Part shown: positions 28,468-37,532 of the stretch, piece after piece
How the letters are laid out: each line of letters begins with the position of its first letter
Position numbering within the stretch: the first letter of the stretch is position 1
NCBI GenBank assembly: GCA_038921555.1
Contig: JBCKXH010000001.1
Location: 3,741 to 67,740 of the forward strand
DNA from: Paracoccaceae bacterium
Lineage (GTDB): Bacteria; Pseudomonadota; Alphaproteobacteria; Rhodobacterales; Rhodobacteraceae
Direction of reading: 5' to 3'
Length of the DNA stretch: 64,000 nt
Made by a program: the position numbers and the translations under genes
The notes under the pieces: model-generated
What the model saw: only the letters and a program-made list of their open reading frames with translations
Databases searched by the model: none
What the model was told of the DNA's origin: nothing

Positions 28468-28500
28468 GGCCTCGGTGCGTCATGGCGGCACCTGCCCGGC

Positions 28501-28529
28501 TTGACAGCGGCCCCTGACCGGCGTATTTG
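28501..28529 (+). promoter_or_regulatory. Putative sigma70 promoter of ffh operon
   Basis: TTGACA-17 bp-TATTTG. Confidence 0.55.
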
Positions 28530-28584
28530 CCCCCAATTCCCCGGAAGCCGTCATGCTTCCGGTCCCTTGGCTTTGCCGGGATCG

Positions 28585-28660
28585 CCACCTGTAAGCGCGT
28601 TGCGCCCACGGGTGCTGTGGTCCATTGGTCTTGGGAGATCCGCCGAGCCGCCCCATATCG
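28585..28660 (+). ncRNA. Structured ffh 5' leader RNA (alphaproteobacterial ffh motif)
   Basis: GCGCGTTGCGCCCACGGGTG segment upstream of ffh resembles, from memory, the conserved ffh leader; boundaries approximate. Confidence 0.5.
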
Positions 28661-28683
28661 GGGTTTTGCCTAGGAGAGAGCCG

Positions 28684-30219
28684 ATGTTTGAAAGCCTGTC
28701 AGACCGCCTTGGTGGCGTCTTTGACCGCCTGACCAAGCAGGGCGCCCTGTCCGAGGCGGATGTCGATGCAGCACTGCGTGAGGTGCGCACGGCGCTGTTG
28801 GACGCCGATGTTTCGCTGTCCGTGGCGCGGGATTTTGTGCGTGCCGTCAAGCTCAAGGCGACGGGCCAAGCCGTCACCAGATCGGTGACCCCCGGTCAAC
28901 AGGTCGTCAAGATCGTCCATGATGAATTGGTGCGGATGCTGGCGGGCGATGATGAGCCCGAGGCGCTGAAGATCGATAACCCGCCCTCGACCATCCTGAT
29001 GGTGGGTCTGCAAGGCTCTGGCAAGACCACCACAACGGCCAAGCTGGCCAAAAGGTTCAAAGAGCGCAATGGCAAGCGGGTGCTGCTGGCCTCCCTGGAC
29101 ACCAACCGTCCGGCGGCGATGGAGCAGCTGGCGATTCTGGCCGGCCAGATCGGGGTGGATGCGCTGCCGATCGTCAAGGGTGAGACGGCGGTTCAGATCG
29201 CGCGGCGGGCCAAGACTCAGGCGGCGCTGGGCGGCTATGACGTGCTGTTTCTGGACACCGCGGGCCGCTTGCACATCGACGAAGTGCTGATGGGCGAATT
29301 GCAGGCGGTGCGCGACGTAGCCCTTCCGCGCGAAGTGCTGCTGGTGGTCGATGGCTTGACCGGGCAGGACGCGGTCAACGTAGCGTCCGAGTTTGACGGC
29401 AAGATCGGCATCACCGGCGTCGTGCTGACCCGGATGGACGGCGACGGGCGCGGCGGTGCGGCTTTGTCGATGCGCGCCGTCACCGGCAAGCCGATCCGCT
29501 TTGTCGGTCTGGGCGAAAAGCTGGACGCCCTTGAGAGCTTCGAGGCCGAAAGGGTTGCAGGCCGCATTCTGGGCATGGGCGATATCGTCGCTTTGGTCGA
29601 GAAAGCGCGCGAGACCTTTGAGGTCGAACAGGCCGAGCGGATGGCGCGCAGGCTCGCCAAGGGGCTGTTCAACATGAACGACCTGCGCGCGCAACTGGAG
29701 CAGATGCTGAAGATGGGCGGTATGCAGTCGATCATGGCGATGCTGCCCGGCATGGGCGGCATGGCCAAGGCGGCGGAAAAGGCCGGATTCGATGACCGGA
29801 TGCTGAAACGCCAGATCGCGCTGATCCAGTCGATGACCAGGAAGGAACGCGCCAATCCCGACCTTCTGGCCGCCAGCCGCAAGAAGCGCGTGGCCAAGGG
29901 CGCGGGGATGGAAGTGTCCGATCTGAACAAGCTGCTGAAACAGCATCAGAAAATGGCCGAGATGATGAAGAGGATCGGCAAGGGTGGCATGATGAAACAG
30001 GCCATCGCGCAGATGATGGGCGGCAAAGGCGGATTGGCGGGCGGCGCTGACGGCGGTCTTGCCGATCTGAAAAACATGGACCCCGCCCAGCTTGAGGCCA
30101 TCGCACGCACCATGAAGCAAAGCGCCGGTGGCATGGGGGGCCTGCCGGGCATGGGCAGGGGGATGCCGGGTATGGGGGGGCTGCCCTCGGGCCTGTCGGG
30201 GATGTTCAAGAAGAAATGA
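28684..30219 (+). CDS. ffh: Signal recognition particle protein
   Basis: MFESLSDRL, GLQGSGKTTT, DTAGR, RILGMGD, Met/Gly-rich M domain. Confidence 0.97.
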   Translation: MFESLSDRLGGVFDRLTKQGALSEADVDAALREVRTALLDADVSLSVARDFVRAVKLKATGQAVTRSVTPGQQVVKIVHDELVRMLAGDDEPEALKIDNPPSTILMVGLQGSGKTTTTAKLAKRFKERNGKRVLLASLDTNRPAAMEQLAILAGQIGVDALPIVKGETAVQIARRAKTQAALGGYDVLFLDTAGRLHIDEVLMGELQAVRDVALPREVLLVVDGLTGQDAVNVASEFDGKIGITGVVLTRMDGDGRGGAALSMRAVTGKPIRFVGLGEKLDALESFEAERVAGRILGMGDIVALVEKARETFEVEQAERMARRLAKGLFNMNDLRAQLEQMLKMGGMQSIMAMLPGMGGMAKAAEKAGFDDRMLKRQIALIQSMTRKERANPDLLAASRKKRVAKGAGMEVSDLNKLLKQHQKMAEMMKRIGKGGMMKQAIAQMMGGKGGLAGGADGGLADLKNMDPAQLEAIARTMKQSAGGMGGLPGMGRGMPGMGGLPSGLSGMFKKK

Positions 30220-30422
30220 CTCGGTTGACCGCCGCCACCCGCCATTCCAGCCGCCTGCCGCTTGGCCCCTCCGCGCGGCGCGATGCCTGGGAGGGTGCCG
30301 CGATTGGGGCTAGGCTTGACGCCGCCGCTGCAACCCCGGACGGCATGACCACGGCTGTCCGGCGTCTGCCGCCTGCCACCACCCAGTCCCACCCCTTCGC
30401 CGGAGGCAAGGATGCCAGGTAA
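30216..30422 (+). pseudogene. Internally deleted GNAT (RimJ-like) acetyltransferase remnant
   Basis: ATGA-coupled to ffh; SRLPL..RRDAW resembles the N-terminus and GARLDAAAATPDG the C-terminus of GNATs recalled at this position in relatives. Confidence 0.4.
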
Positions 30423-30708
30423 CACCACAATCGCCGCAACCCTGTTGCGCGACCACCGCGCCAGCATCGACCGGCTGGACGCCATTCTGGTCTATACGCT
30501 GGCCGAAAGGTTCAAGCATACCCAGGCGGTGGGGCGGCTGAAGGCCGAGCATGACCTGCCGCCGTCCGACCCCGCGCGTGAGGTGCTGCAGATGGCGCGG
30601 CTGGAACATTTGGCCGAGGAGGCCGAACTTGACCCGGCGCTAGCCAGAAAATTCCTGAACTTCATCATTTCGGAAGTCATCAGGCATCACGAGAAACTGC
30701 AGAAATGA
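30412..30708 (+). CDS. Chorismate mutase (AroQ type II)
   Basis: RASIDRLDAILVYTLAERF..VGRLKA..DPARE. Confidence 0.92.
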   Translation: MPGNTTIAATLLRDHRASIDRLDAILVYTLAERFKHTQAVGRLKAEHDLPPSDPAREVLQMARLEHLAEEAELDPALARKFLNFIISEVIRHHEKLQK

Positions 30709-30713
30709 CCAAC

Positions 30714-30776
30714 CATAGGTGCGTGAAATCACGCAGCCTACACCCACACGCAGCCTACACCCACACGCACCTTACA
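30714..30776. repeat. Degenerate REP-like palindrome followed by 17-bp tandem repeats CACGCAGCCTACACCCA
   Basis: TAGGTGCGTGAAATCACGCAGCCTA hairpin; units at 30730-30746, 30747-30763, partial from 30764. Confidence 0.75.
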
Positions 30777-30793
30777 CTCAGGAGACTACGACA

Positions 30794-31168
30794 ATGGCCA
30801 TGAAAATCCGTCTTGCCCGTGGCGGTTCCAAGAAGCGCCCGCACTACTCGATCGTCGCGACCGACAGCCGGATGCCGCGCGACGGCCGCTTTCTGGAAAA
30901 GCTGGGCACCTATGACCCGATGCTGGCCAAGGACAACGAGGGCCGCATCAAGATGGACCTGAAGCGCGCGAAGCATTGGTTGGCTCTGGGCGCACAGCCG
31001 ACCGACCGGGTTGCCCGTATGCTGGAAGCCGCTGGCGTCATGCCGAAGAAGGCCCGCAGCAACCCCAAAGCCGCCGTCCCCGGCAAAGCCATGGCCGAGC
31101 GTGCCAAGAAGAAGGCCGCGCGTTCGGAAGCCCTGGCCGTGGCCGAAGCACCGGCTGCTGCCGAGTGA
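30794..31168 (+). CDS. rpsP: 30S ribosomal protein S16
   Basis: [40 protein letters not shown]. Confidence 0.98.
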   Translation: MAMKIRLARGGSKKRPHYSIVATDSRMPRDGRFLEKLGTYDPMLAKDNEGRIKMDLKRAKHWLALGAQPTDRVARMLEAAGVMPKKARSNPKAAVPGKAMAERAKKKAARSEALAVAEAPAAAE

Positions 31169-31180
31169 TCGCGGGCTGAC

Positions 31181-31813
31181 ATGCGCGGCAAGTATACAAC
31201 CGGGTTCCGTGATGAACTCGCTGATCTGATGCGGTGGCGGCGTGATGTGCGCCGCTTCCGCAGCGACCCGGTAGCACCCGAACTTCTGGCGCGCTGCCTT
31301 GGCGCTTTTGGCCTTGCGCCGTCGGTAGGGCTGTCGGAACCGTGGCGCGTGATCTGCGTCAGCGGGGCCGCAGCGCGTGCGGCGGCACTGGCCAATTTCG
31401 AGGCGGCCAATGCTGCGGCACTGGCGGGCTACAAGGACGAAAAAGCCGGGCTTTACGCGCGGCTGAAATTGTCGGGAATGCGCGAGGCACCGGCGCATCT
31501 GGCGGTCTGGTGCGACGAGACCACGGCCAAAGGTGCCGGGCTGGGGGCGCAGACCATGCCCGAAACCCGCGCCTATTTGGTGGTCGGGGCCATCACGCTG
31601 TTCTGGCTGGCCTTGCGGTCGGAAGGGCTGGGGCTGGGCTGGGTGTCGATCCTGAATCCGGTGCGGCTGGCCCGCGATCTGGTGGTGCCCGAGGAGTGGC
31701 GGCTGATCGGTTATCTTTGCATCGGCTGGCCCGAAAGCGCAGAGACTGTGCCGGAACTGGAGCGGCTTGGCTGGGAAGGCCGTGCTGCACAACTGTGGCT
31801 GGAGACGCGCTGA
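31181..31813 (+). CDS. bluB: 5,6-dimethylbenzimidazole synthase
   Basis: WRRDVRRF, APSVGLSEPWR, LKLSGMREAP, TMPE, GLGWVSIL, PELERLGW. Confidence 0.92.
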   Translation: MRGKYTTGFRDELADLMRWRRDVRRFRSDPVAPELLARCLGAFGLAPSVGLSEPWRVICVSGAAARAAALANFEAANAAALAGYKDEKAGLYARLKLSGMREAPAHLAVWCDETTAKGAGLGAQTMPETRAYLVVGAITLFWLALRSEGLGLGWVSILNPVRLARDLVVPEEWRLIGYLCIGWPESAETVPELERLGWEGRAAQLWLETR

Positions 31814-32344
31814 ATGTCTGACACAATATCCGACCGCATCTGCGTCGGTGCATTCGCCGGGTCATACGGTGTATCGGGCGAGGTGCGCCTGAAAAGCTTC
31901 TGTGCCAAGCCCGAGGCGATTGCCGGCTATGGCCCGCTGTTCAGCGCGGACGGCAGTCGCAGTTTTGCCATCACGCTCACGCGTGCCGTGGCAGGCGGGT
32001 TGGGGGCAGGCGGGCTTGGGGCGCGGGTTTCGGGCGTCACCACCATGGAACAGGCCGAGGCGCTGAAGGGTGTCAGCCTGTTTGCCGACCGCGCAAGGCT
32101 GCCACGCTTGTCGGATGAGGAATTCTATCACTCTGACCTGATCGGGTTGGAAGCGCGCGACACTACAGGCTCTCTCTTGGGCCTTGTCACTGCGGTCCAC
32201 AACCATGGCGCGGGCGATCTCTTGGAGATCATGGGCGAGGGGCGCAAGCAGGCGCTGCTGGTGCCCTTCAGCCTTGCCGTGGTGCCGACGGTCGATCTGG
32301 CCGCTGGCCGGGTGGTGGTTGATCTGCCGGAGGGGCTGGACTAG
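31814..32344 (+). CDS. rimM: Ribosome maturation factor RimM
   Basis: ICVGAFAGSYGVSGEVRLKSF, EFYHSDLIGL, HNHGAGDLLEI, LVPF. Confidence 0.95.
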   Translation: MSDTISDRICVGAFAGSYGVSGEVRLKSFCAKPEAIAGYGPLFSADGSRSFAITLTRAVAGGLGAGGLGARVSGVTTMEQAEALKGVSLFADRARLPRLSDEEFYHSDLIGLEARDTTGSLLGLVTAVHNHGAGDLLEIMGEGRKQALLVPFSLAVVPTVDLAAGRVVVDLPEGLD

Positions 32345-32443
32345 CTGTGGAGCCTCAACAGGTTGTCCCGGTTAGGAGCGAGACGGCTGATGGGTGGTTT
32401 TGAGCCTGTTCTGCAGTTGGGGCGGTGCCAACTATAGGCGATT

Positions 32444-32644
32444 ATGCACTTGACTGCCATGTCCCGGCTGAACTGGCTGGGAAGCAAATCGATCCGGGAA
32501 GGGTCATGGCTTGCCCGGCTGCGGGAACGCAAGCCGAAGATGCTTGTTGCGATTGCGCTGGCCAACAAGATGGCGAGGGCAATCTGGGCCATGCTGACGA
32601 AACAGGAAGACTATCGCGATCCGGTACCGGCTGGCGCTGCATGA
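32444..32644 (+). mobile_element. IS110-family transposase C-terminal fragment
   Basis: WLARLRERKPKMLVAIALANKMARAIWAMLTKQEDYR is a typical IS110 C-terminus; N-terminal DEDD domain absent. Confidence 0.8.
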
Positions 32645-32649
32645 GCTTA

Positions 32650-32812
32650 GGCTCAAGTTTCAAGTGCAACACTTTCCGCCCGCAGGGCATAGGATATTGC
32701 GATGGACAGACAAAGCAAGCACCTAAGCCACGAGGAACGTGGCGTGATTTTGGCGGAACATGGCCGAGGCAGCAGCCAGCGCTCGATCGGGGCGCTTCTG
32801 GGCCGGCCGGCA
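32650..32812 (+). mobile_element. IS30-family left end and N-terminal HTH fragment
   Basis: MDRQSKHLSHEERGVILAEHGRGSSQRSIGALLGRP (HTH_38-like) from 32702; CAAGTTTCAAGTGCAACAC IR-like end. Confidence 0.7.
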
Positions 32813-33018
32813 AGGAAGGATTTGACGCGCGACATCAGATCGTTGCTTCCGTGCTCGTCGGCCCCATGGATCACATCGCCGTCGCCGTCGGTTTCCAGAT
32901 CGGCGATCTCGCGCAGCAGTGAGGTGGCATCGTCGCAGGCGGCGAGGCGCTTGGCCTCCCAAGCGGCGGTTATGGCGTCCTGTTCGATCTGATGGCGCTG
33001 GGCGGGATCAAGCGGCAT
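32810..33018 (-). pseudogene. Prophage-like small hypothetical protein, 3' end disrupted by the IS30 fragment
   Basis: MPLDPAQRHQIEQDAITAAWEA; coupled to the upstream small gene; runs into IS sequence. Confidence 0.5.
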
Positions 33019-33238
33019 GTTCGCCCTCCTTGAAGGCGCTGTCGGTGATCTGGCGCAGCAGGCTGGCGTAGTGGTTCAGGCTGCCGACATGGCCCCAGTT
33101 GATCGCGTCGGGATGGGTCTCGAAATGGTCGTCGCTGAGGGTTTTCAGCCGCGCGAGCATGGCGTCGATCTCGAACTTGGCGGCGAGGAAGGCGTTCAGG
33201 GATTTGTCGTTTCGTGCGATAGCGCGGCGGGTGGTCAT
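33008..33238 (-). CDS. Small prophage/integrative-element hypothetical protein (76 aa)
   Basis: AFLAAKFEIDAMLARLKTLSDDHFETHPDAINWGHVG, recalled from alphaproteobacterial cryptic prophage modules; GGAG RBS. Confidence 0.65.
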   Translation of the reverse strand: MTTRRAIARNDKSLNAFLAAKFEIDAMLARLKTLSDDHFETHPDAINWGHVGSLNHYASLLRQITDSAFKEGEHAA

Positions 33239-33425
33239 GGCTGTTCTCCGGGGGTGAGTTGCATCGTTTCCGTGCAATCAGAATCACTCCTATCCGGGGT
33301 GTAATCGACTTAATAACAAGCAATATCATTGCTTTATCTGGAACGGGCGTAAATGGCGCGAAACCTCGGGCGGTGGGCGGGGTTTTTTGCTTTCCCTGCG
33401 GCTCGCTTTATGATTGATCCTGTGG

Positions 33426-33850
33426 ATGGCCCCGCCCGGAAACATTGAAGAGCTTTCGATCATCGAGCTGCGGGCCCTGGTGGTAGCTTTGCTCGGCAAG
33501 GTGGCAGATCTGGAGCGGACGGTCTGCGCTGTAGCGCGGTGAAATCGCCCGTCGCAAAGGTCCAAAGGGGCCACCGTCGATCAAGCCGAGTGGCATGGAG
33601 CCAAGCGACGTCGGTCAAGCCGAAGGGTTCAAAGCGCTTCAGGCGTGGTTCAAAGCCGGTGCCGCGGGTCGTCGTCGAGGACCAAAATCTTGTCCCCGAG
33701 ATGACTGGTGCCGAGCGATCTGGCGCAGGGTTCAAGGGATATCGGGATTGCGTGTCCAGGATCTCGTGATCAGCCAGAGGGTGGTTCGCTAGCTCTGGGA
33801 GCGCTGGATGACGGCGGACGGCAGGACGGTAACGGCCGCATGGCACCGCG
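33426..33850 (+). mobile_element. Degenerate IS66-like transposase fragment (multiple frameshifts/stops)
   Basis: ELRALVVALLGKVADLERTV coiled-coil start, EIAR.KG..GPPSIKPSGM, FKGY...VQDLVI, ERWMTADGRTVTA across frames. Confidence 0.6.
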
Positions 33851-33877
33851 CGGCTTTCCACGCGACAACCGGTTCAC

Positions 33878-34213
33878 TTAAGCCGCCACCATTTCCGCCA
33901 GCAGCCGCTCGCAGGACAGCCGGTCAATCGCAGCCAATCTGCCCAGCTTGCGCTGAATAAGGCTGTTCGGGATCGTGGCAAGACGCCACCTGACAATGCA
34001 AGGATGGTCCAGACCGGCGGCACTCAGATCGCTGATCAGATGATCGCTTGGCCAGACAGACGCCTTGGTCGTGGTGATCATGCCAACCAGCGTTGCCGCG
34101 TTTTCGGCATTGAACCGCGAGTTTGACAGAACAATTGCTGGACGCCGCTTCAAGACAGGAACGTCCGAAAACGGGAACGGGACGACAATCGTGTCAAAAC
34201 GTTCACAAATCAC
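33878..34213 (-). CDS. PemK/MazF family toxin (endoribonuclease)
   Basis: IVVPFPFSD...KRRPAIVLS, MITT, GLDHPCIVR, RKLGRL. Confidence 0.9.
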   Translation of the reverse strand: MICERFDTIVVPFPFSDVPVLKRRPAIVLSNSRFNAENAATLVGMITTTKASVWPSDHLISDLSAAGLDHPCIVRWRLATIPNSLIQRKLGRLAAIDRLSCERLLAEMVAA

Positions 34214-34553
34214 GAAACGCGCTTTCGTCTTCCTCGCTGGACCATTCGGACATCAGGCCGGACGTTGCAGCCAGAAACTCGTCGGCCAATTGCACCGCAT
34301 GGATTTCAACCCGCTCTCCCTTGCGGGATTTGAACCAGCCATTCCAGACCTCTTTCATCGGCCCGACCGGACAGATCCCATCCGTCGGCCTTCCGTCCCT
34401 ACCGGTCTTCATCCGCCGCCAGCGACCGACGGCCCGGTCAACGGACAAGACGATTTCATCTTCGGGCGCAAGAGATTGAAGCTTGGACAGCAAATCCTTG
34501 GCATGGACATGCTTGAACCAGATCGCCACGTCGGTGATTTCAAGGCGCTCCAT
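34203..34553 (-). CDS. Putative antitoxin (116 aa)
   Basis: Overlaps toxin start; acidic C-terminal MSEWSSEEDESAFRDL resembles PemK/MazF partners. Confidence 0.7.
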   Translation of the reverse strand: MERLEITDVAIWFKHVHAKDLLSKLQSLAPEDEIVLSVDRAVGRWRRMKTGRDGRPTDGICPVGPMKEVWNGWFKSRKGERVEIHAVQLADEFLAATSGLMSEWSSEEDESAFRDL

Positions 34554-34617
34554 AATATGGTCTCCCGGGGGTCTTCTCTGGACCCCATATATACCCCTAC
34601 CCTTACCCTGTCAAGCA

Positions 34618-35979
34618 TCACACCTTCTCCACCCCCAACCAGACGCCGCCCTGGGGCCGCAAGGTCAGGATCATCACCGGCTTGGGCGCTTTCCCGGCGA
34701 TCAGCGAATACCGGAACCGGGCCAGCAGGGTGGCCAGGATGATCACCGCCTCTTGCAGCGCGAACGAGGCCCCGATGCAGATGCGCGGGCCGTCGCCGAA
34801 CGGCAGGTAGGCAAAGCGCGCAGGCGCGGCGGCAAAGCGGGCGGGGTCGAACTGGTCGGGGTTGGCCCATAGGGCGTGATGGCGATGCAGGGCATAGATC
34901 GGCAGGATGATCGTGTCGCCCGCCCTGACCTCGCGCCCGCATAGAGTGTCGGCCTTCTGCGCGGTGCGGGCCAGAAAGGCGGCCGGCGGATAGAGGCGCA
35001 GCGCCTCATCCACGATGCGGCGGGTCAGGGCCAGGTTGGCTATGTCGGCACTGGTGGCGGCGCGCTCGCCAAGCACGGCCCGCGCCTCGGCGCGCGCCGC
35101 TTCCTGAATGGCTGGGTCAAAGGCGCAAAGATACAGCGACCAGGCGAGGGTCAGCGCCGTCGTCTCATGCCCGGCCACGATGAAGGTCAGCAGGTTGTCG
35201 CGCAGCTCATCCACGCTCATGCGGCGGCCCGAGATCGGGTCCTCACCGGCGATCAAGAGGTCGAGAAGGTCTGGGACCTGTGATGCCCCCCGGGCGCGGC
35301 GCTGCGCGATGGCGCGATCGGCGGTGCCCTTCATCTGCCGCATCGTGGCACCGGCAAACATCCGGCCCGGTCGCGGCACCCAGGCAGGCGCGCCCAGAAT
35401 GTCCAGCACCGACAACCTGGCGGACTGGCCGATGTAATCCTCGATCGCCTTGTGGACCGAGGCGCGGTCGAACCCCTCACCGCCCGACAGCGTGACATCG
35501 GCGATGACCTCGAACGTCGTGGTGATCATCTCGTCAAAGGCATCAATCGCGCTTCCATCTGCCGCAGCAAAGCGGGCGGCGGCCCGTTCGGCGGCGGCAC
35601 TCATCACCGGGGCAAGGGCCGCGATATTGCGATGGCTGAACACCGGAGCGGCAGTGCGGCGCTGCCACAGCCATGCAGCACCCTCCGCCACGAACATCGA
35701 ATTGCCGATGGCCGGGCCAAGGATCAGCTTGGTCACGGTGGATTTGGGATAATCCGCGACCGCATCGCGCAGCACATGGCGCAGCCCGTCCGGGTCCATC
35801 AGCATGTGCCAGCGTTTGCCCGTGGTGCCCGACAGGATCGGGGCGCGGGTGGCAATTTCGGGGATCAGTTCCAGCACATTGCGCCGCCCGGTGCGAAACG
35901 AACCCCAGATCCCCAGCGGCGTGATGCCCAGGGGCACGCGGGCGGGAACCTCTGCCACAGGGGTCTCAATCTTGCCCAT
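34618..35979 (-). CDS. Cytochrome P450
   Basis: AGHETT I-helix, EALRLYPP (ExxR), FDPARF, PFGDGPRICIG heme ligand. Confidence 0.95.
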   Translation of the reverse strand: MGKIETPVAEVPARVPLGITPLGIWGSFRTGRRNVLELIPEIATRAPILSGTTGKRWHMLMDPDGLRHVLRDAVADYPKSTVTKLILGPAIGNSMFVAEGAAWLWQRRTAAPVFSHRNIAALAPVMSAAAERAAARFAAADGSAIDAFDEMITTTFEVIADVTLSGGEGFDRASVHKAIEDYIGQSARLSVLDILGAPAWVPRPGRMFAGATMRQMKGTADRAIAQRRARGASQVPDLLDLLIAGEDPISGRRMSVDELRDNLLTFIVAGHETTALTLAWSLYLCAFDPAIQEAARAEARAVLGERAATSADIANLALTRRIVDEALRLYPPAAFLARTAQKADTLCGREVRAGDTIILPIYALHRHHALWANPDQFDPARFAAAPARFAYLPFGDGPRICIGASFALQEAVIILATLLARFRYSLIAGKAPKPVMILTLRPQGGVWLGVEKV

Positions 35980-36102
35980 TTGCACCTCGTGACAGCAAGT
36001 ATAGGGCCAAGACCTGCCCAGGCAAGGGCCTGCCAGTTGCACGGCGGTGGCCAGCAGGCTATGTGCCGTTCAGGGGGCCTTCGCCCCGGCGGAGCGCTGT
36101 TC

Positions 36103-36693
36103 ATGACGATCTTTCCGGCTGCCCGGCTGAAGCTGGCCCTGATGCTGGTGCTTGGCCTTGGCCTGCTGGCCGGCTGCGCGGGTAACGACCTGAAGAAGCC
36201 TCCGGCACCCTTGGGCGATTTCGTGCTGGGGCTGAACATCGCGGTGGCCGACAATGTTCAGGTTCCCGCCATTTCGCGGCAGGTGACGACCGACCAATGG
36301 GAAGCCGCGATGAAACAGGCGATGAATGATCGCTTTGGCCGCTATGAGGGCAGCCGGATCTACAATTTCGGGATCAGCATTGACGGCTATGTGCTGGCGC
36401 CGCCCGGCGTGCCCTTCGTCGCCTCGCCCCGGTCGGCGCTGATCATCACGGTGCATGTCTATGAGGACGCCACCCAAACTCAACTGAACCCCGGCGGCAA
36501 GCAGTTGACCATGCTCGAAGGCGTGTCGCCCGAAAGCTTCATCGGCTCGGGCTGGACGCAGACCAAGCAGCAGCAACTGGACCGGATGGCGTATCGGGCG
36601 GCGCTGGCGGTGCAGAACTACCTGCTGGCAAACCCTGAGTGGTTCGGCCTGCCGCCCCGACCCGCGACACCACCCGCCGGGACCAGCAAATGA
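36103..36693 (+). CDS. Hypothetical lipoprotein
   Basis: Lipobox LAGC after a hydrophobic stretch; LGDFVLG..RFGRYEG..DGYVLAPPGVP. Confidence 0.8.
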   Translation: MTIFPAARLKLALMLVLGLGLLAGCAGNDLKKPPAPLGDFVLGLNIAVADNVQVPAISRQVTTDQWEAAMKQAMNDRFGRYEGSRIYNFGISIDGYVLAPPGVPFVASPRSALIITVHVYEDATQTQLNPGGKQLTMLEGVSPESFIGSGWTQTKQQQLDRMAYRAALAVQNYLLANPEWFGLPPRPATPPAGTSK

Positions 36694-36764
36694 CGCTTGA
36701 TTTTCCCCTGCGCGGGCTTTTTGCCGCCGCGCGTGTAGATCGGGCCCCACATCGGGAAACTGGA

Positions 36765-37289
36765 ATGCCAAAATGGACAGCGGCCATGGTGATATCTGCC
36801 GTTCTGCTTTGCAGCGAGGCAAAGGCGCAAGAGAAAGCGGTGACCAACCGCTTTCCCGGGCCCTATTATGCTACGGTGGTTCGGGTCATCGACGGCGACA
36901 CGCTGGATGTCCGGGTCGAGGTTTGGCCGGGCCTTGTGGCAGAATACGCGGTGCGGGTGCGCGGCATAGATGCGCCGGAACTTCGCCGGGTCGATTGTGA
37001 AGCAGAGCGGCTTTGGGGCGAAGCGGCCCGCGATCAAGTCCGCAAACTCTATCCCGAAGGGTCTGCGATCCGGCTTGAGAATGTTGGCCGGGATCCGTTT
37101 TTCGGGCGGGTGGTGGCTGATGTCCGCCGGTTCAGGTCGGATCGCTGGCTGTTCTTGAAAGATGAGCTGCTGGAGCGCAGGCTTGCCGTCGAATGGACCC
37201 CGCAGATGACAGACGTGAATTGGTGCCTTCTGGCAGCTGGCGGTGGCGCACCCCACGATAGATTGCAGACGAAGTTTCAAGCAAGATGA
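36765..37289 (+). CDS. Thermonuclease (SNase-like) family secreted protein
   Basis: Signal peptide, VVRVIDGDTL, VRVRGIDAPE, FGRVVADV. Confidence 0.85.
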   Translation: MPKWTAAMVISAVLLCSEAKAQEKAVTNRFPGPYYATVVRVIDGDTLDVRVEVWPGLVAEYAVRVRGIDAPELRRVDCEAERLWGEAARDQVRKLYPEGSAIRLENVGRDPFFGRVVADVRRFRSDRWLFLKDELLERRLAVEWTPQMTDVNWCLLAAGGGAPHDRLQTKFQAR

Positions 37290-37331
37290 CCTCCGCGCAG
37301 GGCTGGGTGCTGCAAGCAATGCCGAAACCCC

Positions 37332-37360
37332 TTGATTTCCCCACGCCCCTGCCGTAACCC
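37332..37360 (+). promoter_or_regulatory. Putative sigma70 promoter for tRNA-Trp
   Basis: TTGATT-17 bp-TAACCC, 12 nt before the tRNA. Confidence 0.55.
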
Positions 37361-37372
37361 GCTCACAGGCCT

Positions 37373-37448
37373 AGGAGTTTAGCTCAGTTGGTAGAGCATC
37401 GGTCTCCAAAACCGAGGGTCGTGGGTTCGAGTCCCCCAACTCCTGCCA
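37373..37448 (+). tRNA. tRNA-Trp (CCA)
   Basis: 76-nt cloverleaf: acceptor AGGAGTT/AACTCCT, D-arm AGCTCAGTTGGTAGAGC, anticodon loop CTCCAAA, GTTCGAG T-loop, 3' CCA. Confidence 0.97.
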
Positions 37449-37450
37449 GT

Positions 37451-37532
37451 CTTTTCAATAGTTTGGCTTTTCAATAGTTTGGCTTTTCAATAGTTTGGCT
37501 TTTCAATAGTTTGGCTTTTCAATAGTTTGGCT
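37451..37532 (+). repeat. VNTR: CTTTTCAATAGTTTGG x5 (perfect 16-bp units)
   Basis: Units start at 37451, 37467, 37483, 37499, 37515. Confidence 0.95.

Noticed and set aside
30000-30219. Gly/Met-rich low-complexity repeats at the end of ffh
   Set aside because: Normal Ffh M-domain tail in alphaproteobacteria
31181-31813. bluB inside the rpsP-rimM ribosomal operon
   Set aside because: Recalled as a common arrangement in Rhodobacteraceae, so not novel
37451-37532. Possible CRISPR array
   Set aside because: Units are contiguous 16-mers with no spacers, and no cas genes are present; it is a tandem repeat
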